Assembly: GCF_048593235.1 (NCBI RefSeq)
Contig: NC_133617.1
Span: forward strand, 528,034,958-528,098,957
From: Sminthopsis crassicaudata
Taxonomy: Eukaryota
DNA length: 64,000 bases
Reading direction: 5' to 3'
Positions 48,030 to 60,450 of the stretch are shown here, one piece after another. How positions within the stretch are numbered: position 1 is the stretch's first letter; each line of letters begins with the position of its first letter. A model generated the notes under the pieces. That model worked only from the letters and a program-made list of their open reading frames with translations, made no database searches and had not been told where the DNA came from. The position numbers and the translations under genes are program-made.

Positions 48030-48220
48030 GGATTTAACTCTACCATCATCAGGTCCCCATGCTAGGTATCTTCTCTCTCCCTGCTCCATCCTTTTAACTT
48101 CTGGCATGTTGTATTCCCCATTAGACTGTAAGCTCCCTGGGGGCAGCAACTGCCTTTTAGCTATTTGTATCCTCTGTGCTTGGCACATAGTAGGTACTTA
48201 ATAAATGTTTATTGAATAAC
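48030..48220 (+). mobile_element. L2 3' end
   Basis: ttagactgtaagctccctgggggcag...tggcacatagtaggtacttaataaatgtttattgaa. Confidence 0.85.
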
Positions 48221-48694
48221 AATTGTTGAATTCACAAGAATATTTGGGGTTTGTATTTATAGTTGCAAGTGTTGTAAGTATGTGACAAAATGGAGCTATT
48301 TATGCTATATAGTCCAAATGATTATAGTAAACAATTAGACCTTCAGTTGTTTTCCATTACCTTTCTACATGATTCATTCAAGATAAGCAAGTGAACCAAT
48401 CTTAAGGTGGATGCCTCCAAAATGCAAATAAACTTTTCTTTACCCTATAGGACACTCTCTCCTCAATTCTCATGTCTAGAGAGATGCGATCTCGATCTCC
48501 ATCTCCCAAAACTAGCATGCTGAGACCTAGTACCTCATATCCTCTGTTATGTGGCCCTGCATGATCTAGATTTTATCTGTGTATACTATTCCTCTAACCC
48601 ATTTCTTTTGTACTTTTGCTTATGTTATATACAGTTTGCAAAGCAGGAAATGGAAATTTCACTCTACCAACTTTCCTCTTTCTTTTCTCTCAAG

Positions 48695-48758
48695 CAACAG
48701 ATGGGAAAAAGATCGAAGTAACTCCAAGAAGCCTTCTTTCAAGGGACACAGATGGAAG
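48695..48758 (+). other. Candidate plus-strand exon (58 or 64 nt)
   Basis: Long pyrimidine tract ctttcctctttcttttctctcaag|caacag| and consensus donor AAG|GTGAGT. Open frames TDGKKIEVTPRSLLSRDTDG and NRWEKDRSNSKKPSFKGHRWK. Confidence 0.4.
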
Positions 48759-50659
48759 GTGAGTGGCCAGAGGAAGTTCTAATAATTTTTTTTTACCTGT
48801 GGCCAAAGATCAGACAGGCTGGACAGAAGACAGAAGATTTACTTGTAGTTGGGTGTTATGATGTTGAAGAAGTGGAGAAAAAGAAGGAGAAAGCAGAAAT
48901 GTTCATGGAATAGTGGATAGAAAATTAGCTCAGGGAAACCTGAATTCAAGTGTGACCTTTAATATAATTACTATTGGGTTCTTAATATTCTGGGTAACTC
49001 TCTATGAGTTGCAGCAAAGGTGCCAATATAGGTTGCTAGAAGGAATTTCCTCATTTAAGAGTTCTCCGTATCAATAAAATCTTAGATGCAGATCTCATCC
49101 TTTATTACTGGAGAGGCATCATACTATAGTGGATAGAGAGAGCCGGCCTTGGAGTCTTTGACACTTTGTGTATATGAGACCTAGACAAGCTAATTATTCT
49201 CTCAATGCTCTAAACAACTTTCCAAGATTATAAGTTGTAGGATATTTGTGGTTCTGGATTGGTAGAAATAATATCCTCACTGAGAACTCCCCTATACTAG
49301 TATCTCAGGTTCATACCAATTACTTTTTTCTTTACAATTTCTATAGTTTCTAGAAATAGTAAGTGCCCAATAAATACTTTCAACGTGAAAAAATGAATTA
49401 ATGGATAAGTGGGTTGTATGAAAATGCCAGATTCATTTCTAGTAGTGTCTGATTGAATGTATTTTGTTTTTAAGTGGTCTGAAGGTAATGGGAATGCTGA
49501 AATGTATGTGTGTTGTAATCTTCTGAATGATAGGAGTGCTTAGAACAAGCTCTCATCTGAGTATTGCCTTGCATGCACATGTGTATATGCCAACCTAAGA
49601 CTAGACTATTATTGATCATGTTCCCTACCACTAGGAGCTTTGCAGACAGTGAAAAATGATTCTTTATAGCTTCTCCATAAATTAACTGTTTATCTCTGGT
49701 GTCAGAATTTAAGTGAATTACTGGATTCCTTTTAATGAATTACATGATGTTTGTTCTCATTTGTTTTGTCCTAATAATGGGAACTTTTGTTTTTTCTGTT
49801 AATTTAAATTGATACAAACCCTGGTAAAGTGCCCGAGATATCCAATTAAAGGGTGAACAATTGAGTGGATTATGAAAAGATTATGGGTCTGTTTTGACAA
49901 AAGAGACATACAGTAAAGGGGTGAAAACCTTCCTCCACAGTAGGAGTAGCTCTCCCATTGCTTTTGTTAATATGCCTTTTATGATCTCAGTTAAAATTAT
50001 GTTATTGTTGTTTTTAAATGAGCTTTTGGAAAAGTAGAATTCAATTTACTTTGACTCACTAAAAATTGCCACTGAGTTTAGTACAAATCAAATATTTTTC
50101 ATTTTGGGGACAATCAAGGCTTGAGATGTGATAAGTTACTCTGACTTCATTTTCTTTCTAAAGGTACTATCTTAATTTAATGGAATTTGATCTTTCAAAT
50201 AGTTGAAGGTTTAAAAATATAATTCAAAATCATAAACAAGATATAATAATATGAATATTATTATAGTGGGGTCTTTGGATTGTAGTTATCAATAATGTTC
50301 TGTTTTTGCACTCTCTAATAAGGCCTATTATTAGAAGTTCCAGAATTTGGGAAAAGTTAGATTTAATCTTAAGATATAGAGGTGTTCATAAACTCATGTA
50401 AAGGTAGAAAATAGGTTCATGATGTTTCAAATGTTAGAATTCAGATGATTAATTTTCCATTAAAAATTTGTGTTCTATTTAAAGAGAGCTAAAGATGTTC
50501 AGCATTTGAAAGGCGTATACTTGGTGATGCTATATGACCCGCACTAGAATGTACACTGAAAAAAGTCCTAATCAAGTAAGGTCCAGGAATAGTACTGATT
50601 ATCTTCCAGTAGAGGCTGGATACTTACTTGCAGATGACGTAGAAGAAAACTCTCTGTTT

Positions 50660-51360
50660 AGTAGAGGCAGCAATGGAGTGCAAACTCTGGACTTGGTGTA
50701 AGATAGAACCGAATTCAGATATAATCTATGTGTGACTCTGGGCAAATCACATTACTGTGGTCTGCCTCAGTTTCCTCACCTATAAAAGGGGATAATAATA
50801 GCACTTACCTCCTAGGGATGATATGAGATAAAGTCAGGCAATATTTATAAGGCATTTTATAAAATTTAAAGCATTATATAAATGATAGCTATTATGAAGA
50901 ATTTTTTTTTGTTTTTGTTCTATCATTTCAGTCATATATATAAATGCAATTTATGATTAATTTTGTTGTTCATCCATTTTAGTCATCTATATATAAATGC
51001 TAATTATGATTAATTTTGTGTTGTTCAGGCAAACAGGGTTAAGTGATGTGCCTAGGGTTACACAGCTAGTAAGTATCTGAGGCTGGATTTGAACTCAGGT
51101 CTTTCTGATTACAGACTTGGCTCTCTATCTACTGTGTCACTCAGTTGTCCATTTGTTATTATTAACAGTTGATAATACCTGAAAGTTCACAAACATGATA
51201 TCATTTGATTCTCTCAAGCCTGCATTACTATTTTTATTTTGCAGAAAAGAAATTCAGAGAGATTAGAATGACTTACCTATATAGCAAGTTGCAGAGGTAG
51301 GATTAAAACTTAGATCCTTCTGACTTGAAGTCCAACATTCTACTTGGCAATTTACTGCCT
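50660..51360. mobile_element. SINE cluster: MIR (+, 50660-50890), MAR1 (-, about 50920-51150), MIR (-, 51200-51360)
   Basis: CORE motifs ctgcctcagtttcctcacctataaaa; aggcaaacagggttaagtg...ggctggatttgaactcagg. Confidence 0.8.
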
Positions 51361-51859
51361 CTCTATATTAGAGGGCCTCTGAGATTTCTCTCAGTTCTGT
51401 TATTCTGAGGTTGTGGTTCTGCCTCAGCCAGAGATCATTTCAGGAATTCAGTTTACCCAAAATGTTCTTTGTAATGATACATTCTTACTGGCAAAGTAAA
51501 GGCTAAGTTCAAAAGAAATAGTGAAGAGGGAGATTTTAAACCTGTTATTTTTATTTATTTTTATTTTTTTAGGAAAAGAAAAAACATTTATTAAATATTT
51601 TCTCTGTGCTAGGCACTAGAAATACAGAGACAAAATGAAACTATTACTGCCCTCAAGAAGCTTGCACTCTATGGAGAGAAGTGATGAATGCAAAAGAGGG
51701 TGAATGAAATCAAAGGAAAGAGAATGGAGAGAGGACATGGGGAATCATCCTTTATTGGTGGATGAGGAACCAGCAAGAGAGACAGAGTAGGAACAGAGAG
51801 ATAGGATGAAGCCATCATAATAACAGGCAACAGAGTATTCAAGAAAATGATAGAAATGG

Positions 51860-53170
51860 GTTCCCAAAACTTAGCAGCTGACATATACCCAGCTTAACCA
51901 GTCATCTTTAGTAGAGAAGCTAAAGGGAAATAAAAACATGTAAATTTCTGATAAAATGAAGATCTACTATGAGTTAACAAAACTTCCAGATACATATAGC
52001 AGAAGAAAATATGTCCATACAAATTTCATGTAGAGTTCTAAAAAGAAGAATGATTTTCCACAAGAATTCCAAGAATGGAAGGAAGGAAGGAAGACTTGAA
52101 GAATAAATAACTCATACAAATTTTAGAAATCCTGAGGAAAAACTTGGATACCTTAAAGGAGAAGGTGGAAAACCACACCCCAAATAGTGGACATTTTGAA
52201 AATGGGAATAGAACTAACAATTTAAAATGTTAGTGGTACGTCAAGAAGTATTAGATAGTGTTTTTAAAATCTGAAAAAAAGAAAAAATCCCCAAAACATC
52301 TCCTATCAAAAACAAGATGACTTGGAAAACAAGATGAGGTACAATAATTCAAGAATGTTGGGTCCCTAAGATTCATGATAAAATAAAAAGCTGTATAATA
52401 TGGGCAGTCTGACTCAGAGGGATTATCCCTTGGAAGATGCACAGACATATTCTGCTTGGTTCCATTCTACATTATGGAAGCTGGGGGCAGAGAGGGAATT
52501 TCTGAGTGTGAACAAAGACTTACACTATATAGTGATTGCTAGGCCATAATTGCTGATAGCAAAGAACTAGAAACAAATGGGTAATCATGCATTGGGGAAT
52601 TACTTTTAAAAATAAGATCTGGGGCATCTAGATAGTGCAGTGGATAAAGCACCAGCCCTGAAGTCAGAAGGAACTGAGTTCAAATCTCTCCTCAGACACT
52701 TAACACTTCCTAGCTGTGTGACACTGAGCAAGTCACTTAACCTCAATTGCCTCAGCAAAAAAGGAAAAAAAAAAGCAAAGCAAAAAATAAGCCGATGAAT
52801 ATAGTGGGAAATTATTGTACAATACAAATGGTGGGTTTGAATAAATTATATGAAAAATAGGAAGATATATAGGAACTTGTGAAGAGTGAAATGAATAGAA
52901 CTAAGAAAATAATATGCAAAATTACTAAAAACACATAAATTTAAAGACCACAGAAATAAAGCAAAACTGAGTACCTGAAAAACCAGGAAAAGTGCAAAGG
53001 GAATAAATAATGAAACAAATATTCGCCTCTTCCCTACCCACCTCAGGTAGAAAGGCAGAATATTGTTTTGTTATATGTTCCCTTTGGATTTTTCCTGGTT
53101 TTTCAGTTGCTCAGAGTTTTGCCTCCTTCCAGGAATCCTTTTACTTATACATTTTAATCATGTTGCATGT
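51860..53170 (+). mobile_element. Very old L1 or HAL1-like element: ORF1 remnant joined to an L1-type 3' region
   Basis: 52310-52360 translates KQDDLENKMRYNNSRMLG (~KTTDLENRSRRDNLRIIG). From 52500 the sequence is L1 3'-like (gcaaagaactagaaacaaatggg..attggggaa; gaacttgtgaagagtgaaatgaatagaac). Confidence 0.6.
52621..52765 (+). mobile_element. WSINE1 SINE
   Basis: ggggcatctagatagtgcagtggataaagcaccagccctgaagtcag...cacttaacacttcctagctgtgtg...aattgcctcagcaaaaaa. AAAAATAAG occurs on both flanks. Confidence 0.9.
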
Positions 53171-54219
53171 AATTTTCTTGGTCTGCTTATTTTACTCTGC
53201 ATAAGTTCATGCAGACCATCCCAATTTTCTGTTACCTCTTCATACTCACCATTCCCGTTTAGTCAGCTACAAGTATATATTTCAGCCTTCCCTCCTTTAA
53301 AAAAAGAAAAACTTCATATTCTGGAGGCTGCTGAGAGACATGTGAGAGATTTTGTTTGTTTTTGTGATTAATAAGCACCAGTAACAGACTATGGATTGTC
53401 ACCTGCATGAAGTACACTACCAAAATGGTCATTCTTGAATGTGGAAGAATAGGCAGGCAGATTCTCTGGCTGTAGGACAAGTCAAAATAGATTGTACCTA
53501 TATTCCAGAGAAGGAAGGGAGGTAATGCAAGGGAACTCCATATTTGATTCTTGTGCTGGTGTTATTATGAAAATTTGCAGTGAATTTAGACTCTGATAAA
53601 GTCAATATGGGGATTCAGGGAGGGAGCAACATATCCTAAGATCATAATTTAAACATAATGAATTCTCCCTTAATCTCTACTTTTTTGCCTTTTTTATATC
53701 AGACCACACACTTTAGTGACCATGATCTTACCATTTCCCATGGAGTCATGATTTTTCTGACTGTCTTTGCTTTACATTTACTTTTTCTGTATTGCTTTTT
53801 TGATTTCTCCTTGAACTCTAAATTCTCAGTGAATTGTTGAGGTAAACCCATAAATAAATATTGGTGTTGACATCCTGAGGATTCTGGATGCTCACTTCAA
53901 AGTAAGGATGACTTCCCAGTAGAGATTAGGTCCAAGAGAAGATAGCATCAAAAAGTGGTTCATGAGTTTAAAAGCTAGAAGCTAGGAGGTTTTTGTCAAT
54001 ATTTTCTGCCTCAAGAAGAGCTTTGGACTTTCAGGAAATGATCTTTGAATAAACGGCATTTAGAAATGGAGAAATGGAAGAGAATTTAAAGATATTCTAA
54101 TGCAATCTTTTCATTTAAAAAGTAAAAAAACCTGAGTTTTTTGCACCTTTCCCAATGTAGCACCAGAAGGATTGGTATTTGAACCTCTCTTCTGACTTCA
54201 AATGATGATAAAGACAGTG

Positions 54220-54500
54220 TTTATAATTTAATGATTATAACTAACATTTATATAGTGTTTATTATGTGCCAAGCACAATGCTACATGCCTTATAATTATT
54301 ATCTTTTTTTGATCCTTACAACAAACCTGTGATGTAGTTATTAGTATCCTTGGGTAAAGAATATGAATTACCTTTTACAGATTAGGAAACTGAGGTAAAT
54401 AATGGTTAAGTGACTTGCACAGGATCACTCAGTATCTAAAATTGGAATTGAACTCAGTTCTTTCTGGGCGTGGCACTGCCCAATACCACTTTACTTTCTT
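54220..54500 (-). mobile_element. MIR SINE
   Basis: cttttacagattaggaaactgaggtaaa...gttaagtgacttgcacaggatcac. Confidence 0.8.
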
Positions 54501-54610
54501 TTATCCACAAAATTGTTAGAAATCATATTGGTGAATATCAATTCAGTCATTTGTTAAGCAAGAATTTATTAAGAGTCTACTGTGTTAATGATTAGTGATG
54601 ACTGAATAAT

Positions 54611-54805
54611 CAGGGGTTCTCAGACTATGTCCCACGGGCCAGATGCGGCTCTCTAAGGACGCCGCCTTATGCTGCCGCCTGGTTATGGCAAATGGGCTGA
54701 GGGGCTGAGACAGAGTGTGAGCTTTTGTTTTTACTATAGTCTGGCCCTCCCACAGTCTGAGGGACAGTGAACTGGCCTCCTATTTAAAAAGTCTGAGGAC
54801 CACTG
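54611..54805 (+). mobile_element. OC1/OposCharlie1-type non-autonomous hAT MITE (195 bp)
   Basis: TIRs CAGGGGTTCTCAGACT (54611-54626) and AGTCTGAGGACCACTG (54790-54805), 14/16 complementary. Subterminal ttttactatagtctggccctcc..cagtctgagggacagtgaactggcc..ctatttaaaaagt matches my recall of OC1. Several CpGs retained. No 8-bp TSD visible. Confidence 0.8.
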
Positions 54806-56879
54806 GTCATGGCAAAGAGATATATACAAAGAATATCATAGACCTATAAAAAGAGAAATGTTAAAAATACATGGAAGTATGTAGAAGGTAAAACATTTCA
54901 ATGAGAGAAATGCCAAATCAGAACAATATATAAAATGACTACCAGGAAGGAAGGAAGGAAGACCAGTCCAGTTCTCATTGAGACAGCTCCTGATACAACC
55001 CACAGAGACTGTTATTTGTCCTTTCACTATAACATCAGAAAGGTGATGTTGTGCAAAGTCATCAATCTCATTTTCTCTTTCAGAGCCATCTCTATCCAGT
55101 GGGCAAGATATAGATCAGGACAAATGGAGATGCACAGCTATTGAGTGTCAATGGGCATTATTTGATTCCTGGTCTCCTTGATTCCAGGTTCCTTACTCTC
55201 CTTACTAGTTCTATATTCTTTACTACTCCATAGAAATTTAAGTATATGTGACAACTGATAACAAAGATGAGAAAGAGTTTTGTCTTTATTAATATGCTTT
55301 TAGATGAAAGTATGGGCTAAATATATCATGTTGTCACTTCATTCTCATTTTGGAAAACTAGCCTAAAAGAGAGTAGGGATGATTAAATTATTTCCTTCTT
55401 TCTTTCAATTATTTTTATAGTGCTGTTGTATAGGATACACATAACATTGTATCAGATAACATGATTTAAAGATTTTTTCTAGTTCATCACAAGACATGGG
55501 TATTATGTGACAAGTATAGGATGATAATCTATTAATTCTCCTTCAGTTCCTCAATTCAGAATTCTTTTAATAATCCCAAAAATTTAACATTATGTATCAG
55601 GAATTCTTCATTCTTATTCTGGGGAAGAATGACTCAACTAAGTTTTTTTTTCCCTAAGTGTTCCAGAATATGTTACATATGAAGCAGAGGAAAGCGGTAG
55701 AATTTTGGTTTCAAATCTGAGATCTGCCTGTTAATATCTGTATTTTCTCTTGCAAGTCACTTGAAATTTTAGACCTCAGTTTTCTCATCTGTACAATGGA
55801 CCAGATGATGATTTTTGAGTTTCCTACTGGCTCTACTACTATGAGAGGTAGTAAGGTAAAAAGGAAAGAGTACTGACTTTGGAATTAAAGCACTCAGAAT
55901 CATATCCTGGTCTTATCACTCTGGGACTAGTTTAAGTCATTTAACTGCATTGTGCCTCAGTTTCCTCATCTAGGTAATCGAGTGGGTTTGACCATCTGAC
56001 CTATAACGTTCCCTCTAACTCCAAATCTATAATCATATTATATCCCTTACCAAAAAGAGGGGATGATGGGAAATGCAATTTTTCCAGAAGGAGGAACTGA
56101 GGGATCATGGGAAGTAAGAGTATCCTGGGATGTAGGGAGCTTGGAAACTTTTGATCTTTATAGAAAAGAGAAGGATGTAGGATACATTAGTGGTAAGCCA
56201 ACTGCAAGTGAAGGGAGGTGTTATCCTGAAATGAATATATACCCTGAAAAGAAGATACTAAGGAGCAACTATATCCTTCTTTGATTCAATCACTTATTTA
56301 AGGAGTAATTTACATAGATACATTTTGATGTTTCCTATTCCTGCCTTGATACAACTGTTACTTGGTATATTCATCCATTTTTCACTTTATCTCCTTCCTT
56401 TCCCTCAGCAATGCCTGGAAAACTGGTATCATTTATCTTTCAGAGTTTCTTACTCTGGCTAAATCTTGTTTACTTGAAGTAAATATACTTTAATAATGAG
56501 TTTTGTCACCAGAAGAAGATATGCTGATTTTTATTGCATTTTTGAAGACTGTGTATAATAAAGGCATGGACCACCATGGTGGGGATGAGGAGGAAAGGAC
56601 AAAAGAAACCCTTAAGAATTTCTCTAGACTTAATTAAGAGCTGACTGTGATGACATAAAAATGGGTTTCACTATGATCCTAATACTTCAAGGATCTGTGG
56701 TTTTTATTAGTGTGGGTAATTCTAGTCTTCAGGTTTCTGTGTTTAAAAAATTAACTGCCTAAGGGCCAACCTGAGAGTGAGCTGAAATTGTTGTGGTCTT
56801 CCTATGACAAAAGATACTCAGTTTATCATTCATCTCTAGACTAATACTGGAAGCTCTTAATAGAATATTCAGAGCTTTG

Positions 56880-58620
56880 ACCATTTATATATTTATATTG
56901 AATTCATTTGTATTCTGGGTTCCATTATCAAGGGAATTTGCTGATAACATTTTCCCCAGTTAACAAATTCCCTTCTAACCATATTAATTTTGTTTTCTGT
57001 AAAAAATCTTTTAATTTTAAGTAATCAAAATGACCAATTCTTTTATATTTTTCTTTATATTTATATTTTCTTTTTCATCAAGACTTCTCTCCTTATCTGT
57101 AGTTGAAATTTTTATCTTTTTTTTTTTTTTTTAACTTTCTGGTTATTGCATTTTATATTTATTTTCTGTTTCAGTTTGGAGTTTGTTGTGGAGAATGACA
57201 TGAAATATTTTTCTAAACCTAATTTTTAGCAGTATCTTTATCAGTTTTCCCAGTAGATTTCATCAAATCTTAAGTTTTTAACCCTCCATAGTTAATGTCT
57301 TTGGGCTTAAGCAAACATTATGTTACTATATTCACTATGTCTGGGCCTTGTTAAGAGCTAATAGTAGCCAGCAATTAAAATTTACAAAGTGCTTTGCACA
57401 TATTACTTTATCTAATCAATAACAATCCTTTGAGGCAGTTGCTATTAAAAAAATTCCCCTGAATTATGTTAAAACAACTAAAAACATTTTTTTTGGTAAG
57501 TTTTAAGTCCCAACTTCCTTCCTCTGTCTCTGCTCTCCCTAAGAAGGTAAATAATCAGATATAGGTTATACATGTATAATCATGTAAAAAAGTCAGTATG
57601 CACAAGAAAACTCAAATTAAAAAGAAAGGAAATGAAAAATAGCATGTCAATCTGTATTCAAGCAATAACAGTTCTTTCTCTAGAGATGGATAGAATTCTT
57701 TGTCATTACTTCTGTGAGATTGTCTTGGATCATTGTATTAATAAGAATACCTAAGTCATTTATAGTTCTTTATCATATGATATGGCTGTGTACAATTTTC
57801 ACCTGGTTCTGTTTACATCACTTTGTATCAGGTCATGAAGTTTCTAAAATCATCCTGCTTGTCATTTCTTATAGAATAATAATATTCTGTCACATTCATA
57901 TACCACTTGTTTGGACATTCCCCAGTTGATGGGCATTGCTTTGATGTCTAATTCCTAGCCTTAGAGCAGCTGTATTTTTTTTTTTTTTTGTGTAAATAGT
58001 CTTTTTTGCCTTTTTGAAAAAAAATCTTTGGCATATAGACCTGGATCTAGCAATCCAAGAATCGAAAATCTGGATATCAAAAGGTATGCACAGTTTTATA
58101 ACCCTTTGGGCATAATTCCAAATCACTCTCCAGAATGGCTGGATCAGTTCCAGATCAATTCTCCAGAATTTGGAATTTGGAACAGCACCACCAACAGGGC
58201 ATTAGTGTTCCAGTTTTCCTTTTTGTTGTATTATGCCAATCTGATAAATATAGAGTGGTACCTCAGAGTTGTTTTAATTTACATTGCTCTAATTAGCAGT
58301 GATTTAGAGCATTTAAGATAACTTTGATTTCTTTGTCTAAAAACTGCCTATTTATATTTTCTGACCATCCATTCGTTGTGGAATATTTTGTATTTTTATA
58401 AATTTGTCTTGGTTTTCTATACATTTGAGAAACGAGGCCTTTATCAGAGATACATGTTGCAAATTACCTCTTTCCCCTAGTTTTCTGCTTTTCTTTTAAT
58501 TTTGGTTGTATTGGCTTTGTGCAAAAACTTTTTAGTTTTATATCAAAATTATCTATTTTATATCATTTTAATGTGCTCTCTATTTTCTAAATTCTTCTCT
58601 TATCCTTGTCTCCCAGAAAA
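56880..58620 (-). mobile_element. Old L1 ORF2/3' fragments (about 56880-57360 and 57470-58620)
   Basis: ORF 57896..58126 (minus) WNYAQRVIKLCIPFD; ttatcagagatacatgttgcaaatt; cagttttcccagtagatt. Confidence 0.85.
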
Positions 58621-59699
58621 TAGTTGCTACAAATATTTTTGTTTCAAGAGATAAAACTCTTTTGGTTTACAAACCCATAAGTGGTATTGCTAGGTCAAAG
58701 AGTTTCAATGATATTTTTTAAACTCATTGGACCTTCATTTTCTTTTTCTGCTTTATCATTCTATGGTTTCTAGGATTATAGTTCTGTCATACAAAGAGTT
58801 TGGCAAGATTCCTTCTTTATTTTTGTAAAAAAATTTATACCTTATTGAATTTATTGTTGATGGAATTCATTTGTATGACTGTTTTATCTGAGTTTTTTCC
58901 TTAGGGAGTTAATTTTTTGCTTATTAAATTTCTCTTTCTGAGACTAAGTTCTTTACATTCTTTATTTCACATTCTATTACCATATGCATTTTATATTTTT
59001 GTAAATATTCTTCCATTTGTTACAAGTTAGCATTTGGACAGGCACATAATTGGGCAAAATATTTCATAATAATATTCTTTATTTCCTCTTTAAATTAATG
59101 TGGAAAGAACACTGGCTTTTGAGCCAGAGGAACCCTTGTTTTCAGATCCCACTTCTAATACTTATTGCCTTTGTGATGATAGCCAAGTCATTTAATCTTC
59201 CTGTTTCTCATTTTTCCTCATTTGTAAAATGAGGGAGCTGAATTGGACAGTTGTTCTCATTTTCATTTCTTTGGGGAATCCACTTTTCATAGTCTTCAGA
59301 CCCTGCTACAAGTAACTTCTCAGGAGATATGACTGATGCTAGTTGGATTCTAGTTTCTTTTCCTTCACTCACATACCAGTACTCTGCCCTAATTCCCCCT
59401 GTTCCTCAGTTCTCTGGCTGAGCTAGTTATACTGCAATGTTTTCTACCCCAAGCTGAGCCTATGTTTTCCTATACCTTTATTGCCTTTGCAGGGAAGGAA
59501 ATGTGTATGGGCAGAGTTGAATTCTGCTGCTTTGTTGCACAGAATGGTGGGACAAAAAGTAGGAGTGGGGTTTCTTGGAAGAGATTTCAGCAGCAGTAAC
59601 ATCAAGGAAATTGCTGAGTGGAACCCAGAACACAAGCTTATGAATTTTATTATTCCATAATTTGGGGTTAGTGAAGGAGGGAGTCCATGTTAGGGAACA

Positions 59700-60450
59700 G
59701 GGAGTAGCGTTCTCTATTATTAATTCATCAAGTTTTTGCCTCATTAAGCTTCTTTGTATATTGACCTATGGTGTCAGCTGTAATTGCTTTATCACTCATG
59801 TAAACTTTTTTATTTCAGAGAGCTTTGAGAGTTCATGAGGATTGGAGAAAATAGCTAATCCTCCATATGGATGATTATATGACCTGTCACTTTGGCCTCG
59901 ATCTCAGAAGTCTCTTTTAGCTTTATGAATCTTGATAACTATATGAAAGACTTTTTTTTTTCTTCCTGGCAGTAGCTTTAATATATGTGTCCCATTATCT
60001 TGGTACAAATTATAGATGATGAGGTTAGGAGGTAGATGTTATGGGTCCTCTCTAGATCACTTGCTGTCAAAGCCATAATTATGTGAAGCAATCAGGACTT
60101 TTCCCCAGGGTGAAATTTAGAGGGGGCTGACCATACTTGTAATCCTTCATCTGATAGAAACACTTGAGTTCAGTAACTGGTTAGTAGGAATAATTTGTTA
60201 AAATATGATGAATTCTTTCTAGGCCCAAGTTTGCTCCTCTCTTTCACTTGAGAGCAGTCTTAATTGACAATAGTTTTAATGTCTTGATATCACCACCTTC
60301 TTCCTAGACAACAGTGTCTGAAAGGTTTTTCTCCCCATCACAAAGTCCGAGGTTTCTTCCCTACATCTTTTCCCTTCCCTGATTGCTCTGCAACTTAATT
60401 CTCTTTATGTTGATTTGAGGATAAATTTTGGGATGTTTGCTTGGGGTGCA
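59700..60450 (-). mobile_element. Possible highly decayed RTE-like LINE RT region
   Basis: Weak colinear minus-strand peptides: NLGLCDGE, LNFTLGKSPDCFT, ED*LFSPILMN, AITADTI, MRQKLDELI. Confidence 0.3.

Noticed and set aside
59493-59660. Plus-strand exon after ttgcctttgcag
   Set aside because: No convincing donor, peptide not recognised, and it adjoins a possible minus-strand LINE remnant.
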